From Rhodospirillaceae bacterium (lineage in GTDB: Bacteria; Pseudomonadota; Alphaproteobacteria; GCA-2731375), in assembly GCA_018667855.1 (NCBI GenBank), contig JABIRL010000145.1:151-64150 (forward strand): DNA of 64,000 nt, in the 5' to 3' direction. Below, in pieces: positions 27,163 to 36,828 of the stretch. The translations under genes were made by a program, and so were the position numbers. The notes under the pieces were generated by a model that was not told the DNA's origin, did not search any database, and saw only the letters and a program-made list of their open reading frames with translations. Position 1 is the first letter of the stretch; each line of letters begins with the position of its first letter.

Positions 27163-30100
27163 GTGATGACAGCCGCCACACAATCGCGCGCCGCGTTGAT
27201 GCGAAGCAACAAATCGGAACTTGTCGAGGAAATCATATCGCTTCGACGGCAGTTCGCCGAACTGGAGACCCCGACATCCGAGCCGGAGCTGGCCGGCGCT
27301 TCGGGCGATGCCGCCTCCAGCTTTCTGATGGACGCGATCGAAAGCACCTCGGAAGGGTTCTCAATCTACGATGCAGAGGACCGGCTGATCCTTTGCAATA
27401 GTGCTTTCAAGGAACTTTACGGCTATTCCGACGCCGACGTTGCTGGCGGTCTCACCGCCGCCCAGTTACTGGCGCTGGATTTTGAGCGCGGCACCGTGGC
27501 CAAGGATGCCGGTGGTGTTGATGTAACACGCCGCCGCCGCGACCAATTTGGTGACCGTGAGGAAACCTTGGACCTGCCGCTTGCGGACGGCCGTTGGGTG
27601 CAAATCCGTGATCGCCGCACTACAGACGGCGGCACCGTCAGCATCCATACCGACATCACCCGGCACATGCGCGCCGAAAAAGAGCTGGCGGAGAAGGAAG
27701 CACTGTTGCGGCTGACCCTGGACAACATGCCGGGCGGCATCAGGCTTGTCGACAAGGATCGAAAGTATGTGCTGTTCAATTCGCAGTACAGCGAAATGTA
27801 TGATCTGCCGGACGACCTTCTCAAGGTCGGCGATTCCATACGCGTGGAGAATCTCTATCAAGCGAAACGCGGTGACCACGGCGACGGCGATCCGGAAAAA
27901 TTGGTCGATGAATGGATGGATGCCCATCCATACACCGAGGAACTGGTGAGTTGGGAGCGGACGACCGTAACCGGCAAGGTACTGGATTGCCGGACGCAAC
28001 CGACGGCGCAGGGTGGCTATGTCAGTATCACCACCGACATCACCGAGCGCAAGCGCGCCGAAAAAGAGCTGACGGAGAAGGAAGCACTGTTGCGGCTGAC
28101 CCTGGACAACATGCCAAGTGGTATCAAGTATGTGGATAAAGACAGACGCTCTGTGCTGTTCAATGACCAATATTGCAAACTCTGGAATTTTCCCGACGGC
28201 TTGGTCAAGGTTGGAGGGGATTCACGCGTAGAGGAACTGTTTCTGGCCAGGCGCGGCGATTTCGGCCCCGGGGATCCGGAAATGCTGGCCGAACAAATTA
28301 TGTATGAGTATCCATATGAAACGGAGCCCCAGGTCTATCAGCGAACGACCTTGTCCGGAGAGGTTCTTGAATTCCGTACCGCGCCGGTCGATGCCGGCGG
28401 CTTTATCAGCATTTACACAAATATCACCGAACGCAAACGCGCGGAGGAGGAAATTGCCGAGAAGGAAGCACTCCTCCGCCTCGTACTCGACAACATGCCA
28501 AGCGGTATCAGGTTCGTGGATAAGGACAAACGCACCATGTTGTTCAATGAGCGCTATCGCGAAATCTGGAATTTCCCGGAAGGCGTATTGAAAGTCGGTG
28601 CGCCTTCCTACGACGAGAATCTGTTTTTGGCCAGACGCGGAGATTTCGGCCCGGGAGATCCCGAAGAGTTGCTCGAAAACATATTGCACGGACAACCCTA
28701 TGATTCCGAACAGCTGCTCTACGAACGAACGACGGTGACGGGCGAAGTGCTGGAAATTCGCTCGGCACCGGCCGGTGACGGCGGCTTCATACTTACCTAC
28801 AGCGACATAACCGAACGAAAGCGGGCCGAGGAGGAGCTTGCCGAGAAGGAAGCACTCCTCCGCCTCGTACTCGACAACATGCCAGGCGGCATTCGCTACG
28901 GCGACAAAGACCGGAAAATACTGTTGTTCAATGCGCTGTATCAGAAGCTCTGGGATTTTCCTGACGATTTCCCAAAGATCGGGGATACGGACTACGACGA
29001 ACTTTCATACCAGTGGGACCGAGGTGAATATGGTGAGGGTGATAAAGAGAAGTTTATCCAGGCTTTTTTGGATGAACGGCCGTTTGAAACGGGATCAAAA
29101 CCCTATGAAGTAACAAACAGGTCGGGGCGAATACTTGAATGCCGTGCGGTACGGACGGAGAATGGCGGATTTATCAATGTCTATACTGATATCACCGAAC
29201 GCAAGTCGGCTGAGGAGGCGTTAAAGGCCGCCCGTGACAGGGCCGAAGCGGCAGAGACGAAAATGTGGGCGGTTCTGGAAGCCTTGCCCATCGCCATCTT
29301 CATTATGGATGAAAGTGCCCGCATGGAATTCTGGAACAAATTCCAGGCCGAAATTACCGGTATGACCGACGAAGTTTGGGAAACTGTGCGCGATCATAAG
29401 GACTATTTGCCCTACATTTATTCCAATTATCAAAGCAAACCCGGGTTATCTCTGGAAGAGTTCAGTGCGGATTGGGATCGAATGGCGATGCCCGACCAGC
29501 GACTCGTGACTGAAAGGGTTTTCCACGAACCCCATTTGGATGTGCAGCACATTGCAGCCCCCCTGCCGTCAGGTGGTTGGGTCAATGCTTACGTCGATAT
29601 TACGCCCCAGAAAGAAGCGGAACGCGAAGCCCTGGCGGCGCGCGATCAGGCCGAAGCAAATGCCGACGCCAAATCCGAGTTTGTCGCCCTGGTCAGCCAC
29701 GAAGTGCGCACGCCGATGAACGGTGTGCTGGGCATGGCCCGATTGTTGCTGGAATCCCCGCTGCTGCCGGAGCAGCATGATTTCGCGCAGGGCATCGTCG
29801 ATTCAGGCGAGGTTCTGCTGGTCATCCTGAACGATTTGCTGGATGTGTCGAAACTTGAATCCGGCAAACTTGAAATCGAAATCGTACCTTTCGAGCCGCG
29901 CCAACTGATCGACGACACTTTGAATGTCATGGCGACGATGGCCCGGGAGAAGGGCCTGGAGCTGTCCAGCGATATTGCCGACGACCTGCCGAAGGTATTG
30001 TTGGGGGATGCCAATCGCGTGCGGCAGATTCTTTCGAACCTGATTAACAACGCCATCAAATTCACCGCCTCCGGTGGTGTCACCGTTTCGGTTTGCAGTG

Positions 30101-32178
30101 CCGGACCCGACAACGATGGACACAAATTTTTGCTGGCCGTAAGCGACACCGGTGTCGGCCTTAGCGACGACCAGGCGGGCAAACTGTTCGCACCCTATGC
30201 CCAGGCCAATGTCGATGTCGCCCGGCGCTATGGCGGTACCGGCCTGGGACTGGTGATCTGCCGGCGGCTGGCCGAACTGATGGGCGGTGACATCCGCCTC
30301 GACAGCACGCTGGGGGAAGGCAGCACCTTCACACTTTTGCTCAATCTCGAGGTCGGCGGTCCGGACGATATCGTGGTATCCTTGGCAATTGCCGATCATT
30401 CCGAAGAACTGGCGTTTGCGCCGCGCGTCCTGTTGGCCGATGACAATGCCATGAACCGTAAGGTCGCCCTGGGCATGTTGCGCAAACTGGCATCTCACAC
30501 GGAGGTCGCCGAGAACGGGCAGCAGGTGCTTGATCTGATCCAAGAAAAAGCACCCTTCGATGTTGTCTTGATGGACATGCATATGCCCCTCATGGACGGC
30601 ATCGAAGCGACCCGGCGCATCAGGGCGATGGACAGCCTGGCAGGGACCCTGCCGATCATCGGCCTGACCGCCGCCGCCACCCGGCTTGAGATCGATGCCT
30701 GCATTGAAGCCGGCATGAACGATGTCGTCACAAAGCCGATCGATCCGCAGCATTTGAAGGACGCCATCCGCCGCCACATCACCAACGAAGGCCGACCCAC
30801 TGGCTGGGCCGAAGCAGCTGATGCTCCACGTGCGGATGGCGTTGACGAGTCGGTGGAAATCTTTGATGGGTCCATCCTCGAAAATCTGGGTGAAGACCAT
30901 GGACCGGAAGGGGTCGAGGAATTCATCGCCATGTTTCGGTCAACGGCGCCAGTGGCGGCCAAACAGTTTATCGAGGCGGCCGCGAAGCGCGATTTAAGAC
31001 TCATGGCCTTTTACGCTCATGATTTGAAGAGCAGCGCCAACATCGTCGGACTTACACGCCTATCCCAGCTTTGCCGCGAAACCGAACTCGCCTGTAAGGA
31101 GGAGCGTTTGGATGATGCCCTTGCCCTGGGAACCGGCATTCAAGCAACGTTGGATGCCAGTGAAGCGGCGCTAGCGGCTCTGACGATACAGCACCGGCGC
31201 GAACCAAGGGACGCCAGCGCGCAGGTTCTGGTGGAGGTCGCCCATGACGTGCGCGGCATCATGAATAGGGTTCTGGGAACCATCGTCCAACTTGAAGACG
31301 GCATTGGCAGCCCTTTCCAGGCGGGCGAACTTGAAAGCCATGCCGTCGCCATGCTTCAGGAAAGCCAGCAGATGCTGGACCTCTCGGGCGGCATTGCGCC
31401 TAGGTATTTTGCCGCGCAGTTTTCCGCCGATACGACGGCCAGCGGTCAGGCTTCGCCTGCCGCCGAGGCTGAAAGCACGGACTTATTGCAATCAGACAGC
31501 GTTCTTTTGATTGAAGACGACATCCTGCTGGCCAGGTCGCTGACCGCCTATCTCACCAAACATGGCTTTGACGCCGTCACGGTCGAGACGGGGGCGGATA
31601 TGTTCAAGGAAATCGACAAGCGGAGTTTCGATTGTTTTGTGGTCGATCTGACGCTTCCCGACGAGGATGGCATTGTACTGATCCGCAGGCTGCGGGCCCG
31701 CACGGACGCGCCTATCATTGTTCAGACCGGACGTGAAGATCTGGACGACAAGCTGGCCGCCTTCGAACTTGGCGTCGACGAATATGTCACCAAGCCCGTC
31801 GACCCCCGCGAACTTACCATTCGGCTGAAGTCCATCATCAAGCGCGCCGGTGAAGGCAAGGGCGTCAACGCGGAGGTGCTTCGTAATGGTGACATTACCC
31901 TCGATCTCAACAGTCACGAGGCCCTGGCGCCGGATGGCAGCGTGATCCGCCTGACGTCGGCGGAATTCGCCATGATCTGGGCCCTGGCGCAAGCCAACGG
32001 CAAGATATTGTCCCGCGAAACCCTTGTGGACGCGGTCGCCACGGGCGACGGCCCAGAATCCTTCCGCGCGGTTGATTCATTGGCCAACCGGGTGCGCAAG
32101 AAACTCGGCAAGGATGCCATATTGTCGGAGTACGGCGCCGGTTATAAATGCGGCTGGATCGTCACGACGCCCGAATAG
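27163..32178 (+). CDS. Cytoplasmic hybrid histidine kinase/response regulator: 6xPAS-HisKA-HATPase-REC-HPt-(DHp-like)-REC-OmpR wHTH
   Basis: SHEVRTPMN H-box, NNAIKFT, DTGVG, GGTGLGL; LMDMHMP REC; AHDLKSS HPt; VVDLTLPDEDG REC; LTSAEF...LSRETL...RVRKKL...GAGY wHTH; GGAGG RBS. Confidence 0.92.
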   Translation: MMTAATQSRAALMRSNKSELVEEIISLRRQFAELETPTSEPELAGASGDAASSFLMDAIESTSEGFSIYDAEDRLILCNSAFKELYGYSDADVAGGLTAAQLLALDFERGTVAKDAGGVDVTRRRRDQFGDREETLDLPLADGRWVQIRDRRTTDGGTVSIHTDITRHMRAEKELAEKEALLRLTLDNMPGGIRLVDKDRKYVLFNSQYSEMYDLPDDLLKVGDSIRVENLYQAKRGDHGDGDPEKLVDEWMDAHPYTEELVSWERTTVTGKVLDCRTQPTAQGGYVSITTDITERKRAEKELTEKEALLRLTLDNMPSGIKYVDKDRRSVLFNDQYCKLWNFPDGLVKVGGDSRVEELFLARRGDFGPGDPEMLAEQIMYEYPYETEPQVYQRTTLSGEVLEFRTAPVDAGGFISIYTNITERKRAEEEIAEKEALLRLVLDNMPSGIRFVDKDKRTMLFNERYREIWNFPEGVLKVGAPSYDENLFLARRGDFGPGDPEELLENILHGQPYDSEQLLYERTTVTGEVLEIRSAPAGDGGFILTYSDITERKRAEEELAEKEALLRLVLDNMPGGIRYGDKDRKILLFNALYQKLWDFPDDFPKIGDTDYDELSYQWDRGEYGEGDKEKFIQAFLDERPFETGSKPYEVTNRSGRILECRAVRTENGGFINVYTDITERKSAEEALKAARDRAEAAETKMWAVLEALPIAIFIMDESARMEFWNKFQAEITGMTDEVWETVRDHKDYLPYIYSNYQSKPGLSLEEFSADWDRMAMPDQRLVTERVFHEPHLDVQHIAAPLPSGGWVNAYVDITPQKEAEREALAARDQAEANADAKSEFVALVSHEVRTPMNGVLGMARLLLESPLLPEQHDFAQGIVDSGEVLLVILNDLLDVSKLESGKLEIEIVPFEPRQLIDDTLNVMATMAREKGLELSSDIADDLPKVLLGDANRVRQILSNLINNAIKFTASGGVTVSVCSAGPDNDGHKFLLAVSDTGVGLSDDQAGKLFAPYAQANVDVARRYGGTGLGLVICRRLAELMGGDIRLDSTLGEGSTFTLLLNLEVGGPDDIVVSLAIADHSEELAFAPRVLLADDNAMNRKVALGMLRKLASHTEVAENGQQVLDLIQEKAPFDVVLMDMHMPLMDGIEATRRIRAMDSLAGTLPIIGLTAAATRLEIDACIEAGMNDVVTKPIDPQHLKDAIRRHITNEGRPTGWAEAADAPRADGVDESVEIFDGSILENLGEDHGPEGVEEFIAMFRSTAPVAAKQFIEAAAKRDLRLMAFYAHDLKSSANIVGLTRLSQLCRETELACKEERLDDALALGTGIQATLDASEAALAALTIQHRREPRDASAQVLVEVAHDVRGIMNRVLGTIVQLEDGIGSPFQAGELESHAVAMLQESQQMLDLSGGIAPRYFAAQFSADTTASGQASPAAEAESTDLLQSDSVLLIEDDILLARSLTAYLTKHGFDAVTVETGADMFKEIDKRSFDCFVVDLTLPDEDGIVLIRRLRARTDAPIIVQTGREDLDDKLAAFELGVDEYVTKPVDPRELTIRLKSIIKRAGEGKGVNAEVLRNGDITLDLNSHEALAPDGSVIRLTSAEFAMIWALAQANGKILSRETLVDAVATGDGPESFRAVDSLANRVRKKLGKDAILSEYGAGYKCGWIVTTPE
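27655..29190 (+). repeat. Four tandem 384-bp PAS-coding repeats
   Basis: GAAGCACT anchor of EALLRL recurs at 27697, 28081, 28465 and 28849 (exact 384-nt period). Confidence 0.9.
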
Positions 32179-32426
32179 TCCGGACTTCGGTTCACCATGA
32201 CCCAATGCGCCCGTAACCGGCGTATGCGGCCCTATTCGGCATCCACGGGCCGGCACATTTGCCGCCGATAGAAATAATTTTGAAAAATAAACCAAGTAAA
32301 ATCAATGTCTTAACGCGCCTAGAATTCTGGCACATTTGTGACACCTTCATCGAAATGCGGTCGCCTATAACCGAAAACAGACGGCAGCCAATACTGGGTG
32401 TCAAAAATCTAATCGGGAGAAGAACA

Positions 32427-34430
32427 ATGGCTACCAAATGGAACATAGATTTAGACGGCGACAACAACACAGTTTTCACCGATCTCGAAGACGACACCAT
32501 CAACGCCAACGGCTCGAACAATCAGATCGCTACCGGTGACGGTGACGATGCCATTGATGTGACCGGCGACAGCAACTGGATGGACGGCGGCAATGGCAAC
32601 GACGACATCACCGTCAGCGGCAATTCCAATTTTATCAGCGGCGGCAACGGCCAAAACACATTTGACGTCACCGGCGACAGTAACTTTCTGGGTAGCGGTT
32701 ACGACGACGACACCGTCGCCCTCCAAGGTGATGGCAACTACGTCAATACGGCGGCCGGTGACGACGAAGTTCATGTCGAGGGCCATAACAACAGCGTCTA
32801 TGGCGAAGACGGCAATGACGTGATCAGCGCCATCGGCGGTTCCTCCAACGTGATCTCGGGCGGCAGCGGCAACGACGTCCTGCACTCCGATGGACATTAC
32901 AACCATACTTTCGGCGGCGACGGCCACGACACCATTACCGACAGTGGTCACGGCGGCTTTTCCGCGGGCGGCGCCGGCAATGACACGATCAACATGTCCG
33001 GCAACTATATGCAGACCCACGCCGGCACCGGGAACGACACGATTAATGTCAGCGCCCAGAACAGCGCAGCCTTCGGTGACGCCGGGAACGACAGGATCAA
33101 CGTCACCGGCGACAGCAACACGGTCGACGGCGGCGCCGGCAATGATCGCATCGACCTTATGGGCGAAAACAATGAGGCGTCGGGAGGCAGCGGCGCGGAC
33201 ACGATGATTGCCTGGGCCGACAACAACGTCATGCGGGCCGGCGATGGTAACGATAGCCTTTTCGTTGTGGGCGACAACGTCGAAGCCCACGGCGGCGCAG
33301 GTAACGATACCTTCTGGATGGAACAAGGCTCCGACAACTCGGCCTTTGGCGGCGACGGCAGCGATGTCATCAAAAGTGATCTGTTCAACTCCGGCTCCGG
33401 CAACACCTATGACGGCGGCGCGGGCGATGACGTCTTGATCAGCCAAAAATTCAACAGCGACACAACGCTGAATGGTGGCGAGGGTAACGATACTGTTATC
33501 TCACGTGGCGCGGGCGATACGGTTGACGGTGGCGCGGGCCAGGATCACATTCTGGCGACGGGTAAGGACAGTGTTGTCGATGGCGGCGCCGGCGATGACG
33601 TCATTGTCGCCCTGGGTCAGGCCGAATCCCTGAGCGGCGGTGATGGCAACGACATCCTGGTGGCTGGCGGCCTGAGTGCCGGACAGTTCGGCGGTTACGG
33701 CAGCTCTAGCGACGACGCCAGGGTACTGGAAGGTTCTCTGGGCTATCGCACCTCCGGAAGCGGGTCCAAGGCCGACGTTGATCTCGAGGGCGGACAATGG
33801 GGAACGGACTTCAACGACACCAGGAGCAACGATTTTGTTCTCGAACAAGGTGCGGTCCTCGATGGCGGTGCTGGGGACGATATCCTGGCCGGTAGCTTCG
33901 CCGACGACACCCTGATCGGCGGTGAAGGCAACGACACCTTCATCTACACCATGGGTGAGGGCAACGACACCATCGTCGCCGGCAACGGCGATACCCTGGA
34001 GTTGCGCGGCGGCCCGTTGGGCGAGGAATTCGGCCTCGAAAACATCGAAATGTCGATCTCTCCCGATAGCTCCCATGCCCACATGTACTTCAAGACCGAT
34101 GCCGTCGAAGGCGGCGATGCGGGTATCGGGGGCGAGGTCTTCTGGGGTACGCTCAACATCGATTTCGCCGAGGGCGAAATGATTGAAACCCTCAAAGTCG
34201 GAGATCAGGAGTTCAACTTCGCCGAACTTATGGAAAGTGCGCGAGTAGTCAACGACAGCGCGGACTACCTGGCCTTAAGCGCCGAGCAGATCGACACCAT
34301 GGAAGGCTTGCTGGACGAGGCCATGGACGGCGCCAGTTACGGTAATGAAAGCACGGCTGAAGGTGCGTTCGTCGAGACCGCTTCACTGGCCGGCGGTGAA
34401 GACCCCTGGGTGGCGGACGATATCGCCTAA
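32427..34430 (+). CDS. RTX-type calcium-binding secreted protein
   Basis: More than 20 GGxGxDxI/L nonapeptides, very acidic, no Sec signal, non-repeat C-terminus; GGGAG RBS before ATG 32427. Confidence 0.92.
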   Translation: MATKWNIDLDGDNNTVFTDLEDDTINANGSNNQIATGDGDDAIDVTGDSNWMDGGNGNDDITVSGNSNFISGGNGQNTFDVTGDSNFLGSGYDDDTVALQGDGNYVNTAAGDDEVHVEGHNNSVYGEDGNDVISAIGGSSNVISGGSGNDVLHSDGHYNHTFGGDGHDTITDSGHGGFSAGGAGNDTINMSGNYMQTHAGTGNDTINVSAQNSAAFGDAGNDRINVTGDSNTVDGGAGNDRIDLMGENNEASGGSGADTMIAWADNNVMRAGDGNDSLFVVGDNVEAHGGAGNDTFWMEQGSDNSAFGGDGSDVIKSDLFNSGSGNTYDGGAGDDVLISQKFNSDTTLNGGEGNDTVISRGAGDTVDGGAGQDHILATGKDSVVDGGAGDDVIVALGQAESLSGGDGNDILVAGGLSAGQFGGYGSSSDDARVLEGSLGYRTSGSGSKADVDLEGGQWGTDFNDTRSNDFVLEQGAVLDGGAGDDILAGSFADDTLIGGEGNDTFIYTMGEGNDTIVAGNGDTLELRGGPLGEEFGLENIEMSISPDSSHAHMYFKTDAVEGGDAGIGGEVFWGTLNIDFAEGEMIETLKVGDQEFNFAELMESARVVNDSADYLALSAEQIDTMEGLLDEAMDGASYGNESTAEGAFVETASLAGGEDPWVADDIA

Positions 34431-34440
34431 ACCGGAGTTC

Positions 34441-34531
34441 GGGGCGCGCTTACTCTCCTGTGTGCGCGCCCCGTTCGCTCCTTCTATACTTCAACGACGC
34501 CCGGTCAGGTTACGATGACCCGGGCGTTTTT
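34441..34531 (+). terminator. Two hairpins after the RTX gene; the second is a Rho-independent terminator
   Basis: GGGGCGCGC/GCGCGCCCC (34441-34472); ACGCCCGG...CCGGGCGT followed by a T-run. Confidence 0.7.
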
Positions 34532-34573
34532 GTGTTCCTTTACAAATCGACCGGCAATCCACAGAATCCGAAC

Positions 34574-36349
34574 TTAATTCGTATTGAACTGCAATGCGGC
34601 GAAGCGCGCGTAGAGGCCGCCGCTGGCGACCAGTTCGTCATGGCGGCCCATCTCGACCACCGTGCCTTGTTCCATCACGACGATACGGTCGGCCTTCAAT
34701 ACGGTGGCCAGGCGATGGGCGATGACGATGGTGGTGCGGTCCGCCATCAGATCCTCCAGGGCCGCTTGCACGGCGCGCTCGGACTCGGCATCCAGTGATG
34801 ACATTGCCTCGTCAAGCAGCAGGACCGGCGGATTAGCCAGGACAGCCCGGGCGATGGACAGGCGCTGGCGCTGGCCGCCGGACAGGCGCACGCCCCGCTG
34901 GCCCAGAAAGGAATCGAATTTGTCCGGCAGGGCGTCGATAAATTCGGAAGCATTGGCCGCATCCGCCGCCGCCTGCATTTGCTCCTCCGAGGCTTCGGGC
35001 CGCCCGAATAGAATATTCTCCCGCGCGCTGGCCGCGAAGATGACCGGATCCTGGGGCACCAGAGAGATCCGCGACCGTGCCTCCGACGGATCGGCCTGGC
35101 GCAAATCCACGCCATCCAAAGACACCGCGCCCGATTGTGGGTCATAGAACCGCAGCAGCAGCTGGAAGACCGTGGTTTTGCCGGCGCCGGACGGCCCAAC
35201 CAGTGCCACGGTTTCGCCGGGCGCCACATCAAGGTTGAAATTCTTCAGGGCGGGCAGATCGGGTCGGGACGGATATTGAAACGTCACGTCACGGAAGCTG
35301 ATGGCACAGCTGCCCAGGTTCGGCAGGGGCGTCGGGTTCGAAGCGGCCGTGATGCCGGGTTCCACGGCCAATAGTTCCGTCAGCCGTTCCGCCGCGCCCG
35401 CGGCGCGCTGCAATTCGCCATAAACTTCCGCCAGGGCACCCACCGCGCCGGCCACGATGATGGCGTAAAAGACAAATGCGGCAAGTTGCCCGCCACTCAT
35501 CTCGCCCGCGATGACGTCCTTGGCGCCGATCCAGACCACGGCGTCGACGGCGCCGAAGATCAGCAGCATGACCAGGGCGGTCAGCCAGGCCCGCGCCCGG
35601 GTCCGCCGTACCGCGACGCCAAACGCCTCGTCCGTGACCTTGCCGAACCGCAAGCGGTCAATCGCCTCGTGGCAAAAGGCCTGCACCACCTGTATGGCGC
35701 TCAGACTTTCCTCGGCATAGCTGGAAATATCGGCGATCCGGTCCTGGCTGTCGCGGGACAGGCGCCGCACCTTGCGGCCAAAGATCAGGATCGGCAAGAT
35801 GACAACCGGCAGCAGGGCAAACACCAGTCCGGTCAGCTTCGCGCTGGATATCACCAGCAGCACGCTGCCGCCGATGAACATCAATACGTTGCGCAGGGCG
35901 ACGGACGCGGTGGAGCCGACAACGGTTTGTATCAATGTAGTGTCCGCGGTCAGGCGGGAAAGCACTTCACCGGTTCGCATGGTTTCGAAGAACGCCGGGC
36001 TCAAACCGATGACATGGTTGTACACGGCGGCGCGGAGGTCGGCGATGATGCGTTCGCCCAGCCAGGTTACTAGATAGTAACGGGCAAAAGTAGCCGCCGC
36101 CAACACGCAGACAACACCGAGGAGGGCGAGAAAATACTGATCGATCAGAACCTGTTCGCCGCCGAAACCATGGTCGATGACACGGCGGATGGCCTGACCA
36201 ATGGCCAATACTGACCCCGCCGAGACGACCAGCGCCACGCCGGCGCCCACCGCGGTCCACTTATAAGGAACGAGGAAAGGCAGAATACGGCGCAGCCCGC
36301 CAACATTTCGGCGTTCTTCCCGTTCTTTGTCGAGAGCAATTTTTCGCAA
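34574..36349 (-). CDS. ABC transporter fused permease/ATPase (MsbA-related)
   Basis: 6-TM domain, GPSGAGKT Walker A, LSGGQRQR, LLLDEA, IAHRL; start uncertain (TTG 36349). Confidence 0.92.
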   Translation of the reverse strand: MRKIALDKEREERRNVGGLRRILPFLVPYKWTAVGAGVALVVSAGSVLAIGQAIRRVIDHGFGGEQVLIDQYFLALLGVVCVLAAATFARYYLVTWLGERIIADLRAAVYNHVIGLSPAFFETMRTGEVLSRLTADTTLIQTVVGSTASVALRNVLMFIGGSVLLVISSAKLTGLVFALLPVVILPILIFGRKVRRLSRDSQDRIADISSYAEESLSAIQVVQAFCHEAIDRLRFGKVTDEAFGVAVRRTRARAWLTALVMLLIFGAVDAVVWIGAKDVIAGEMSGGQLAAFVFYAIIVAGAVGALAEVYGELQRAAGAAERLTELLAVEPGITAASNPTPLPNLGSCAISFRDVTFQYPSRPDLPALKNFNLDVAPGETVALVGPSGAGKTTVFQLLLRFYDPQSGAVSLDGVDLRQADPSEARSRISLVPQDPVIFAASARENILFGRPEASEEQMQAAADAANASEFIDALPDKFDSFLGQRGVRLSGGQRQRLSIARAVLANPPVLLLDEAMSSLDAESERAVQAALEDLMADRTTIVIAHRLATVLKADRIVVMEQGTVVEMGRHDELVASGGLYARFAALQFNTN

Positions 36350-36483
36350 TCCACCCCGCCCCTCGGTTATTCTGTAGCTCCGTTGCGGCTGGGGTATAGC
36401 AATTGAATCGCGGCCATACAACAACGCGCTCTTGCGCTGCGCCCCGGCTTTCGTTATACACCCCCGGCAGTTTACGGAGCAGC

Positions 36484-36708
36484 ATGATGAAAAAAGATAT
36501 CCACCCCGATTACCATGAAATTACCGTGGTCATGACCGATGGCGCGGAATTCAAGACCCGTTCGACCTATGGCGAACCGGGCGCGGTATTGAAGTTGGAT
36601 ATCGATCCTTCCACGCATCCGGCCTGGACCGGCGGACCGCAACGGGTTCTCGATACCGGCCGGGTTGCCAAGTTCCGTAATAAGTTCAAGGGTTTCGGCC
36701 TGGACTGA
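36484..36708 (+). CDS. rpmE: 50S ribosomal protein L31 (Cys-less type)
   Basis: [33 protein letters not shown]. Confidence 0.97.
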   Translation: MMKKDIHPDYHEITVVMTDGAEFKTRSTYGEPGAVLKLDIDPSTHPAWTGGPQRVLDTGRVAKFRNKFKGFGLD

Positions 36709-36828
36709 TCCGGGCCATTCCGCTGCCAGACTATATAGCCTAAATACCGAAACGTTTTTCGGCTAAATTTTCAAATAAAAACAATACGTTAACGTAGTTA
36801 TTTTGCGTTCGGGCGAAGGTTGGTTGCG

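Noticed and set aside
32251-32345. Sigma54 promoter for the RTX gene
   Set aside because: The GGCAC elements lack a proper TTGC -12 box (CCGC or TGAC instead)
27655-34000. CRISPR-like or non-coding repeat arrays
   Set aside because: The repeats are in-frame protein-domain repeats (PAS, RTX), not identical repeats with unique spacers
34574-36349. T1SS ABC exporter for the adjacent RTX protein
   Set aside because: Convergent orientation, no HlyD/TolC partners and no C39-like domain; it looks like the MsbA-related gene linked to rpmE
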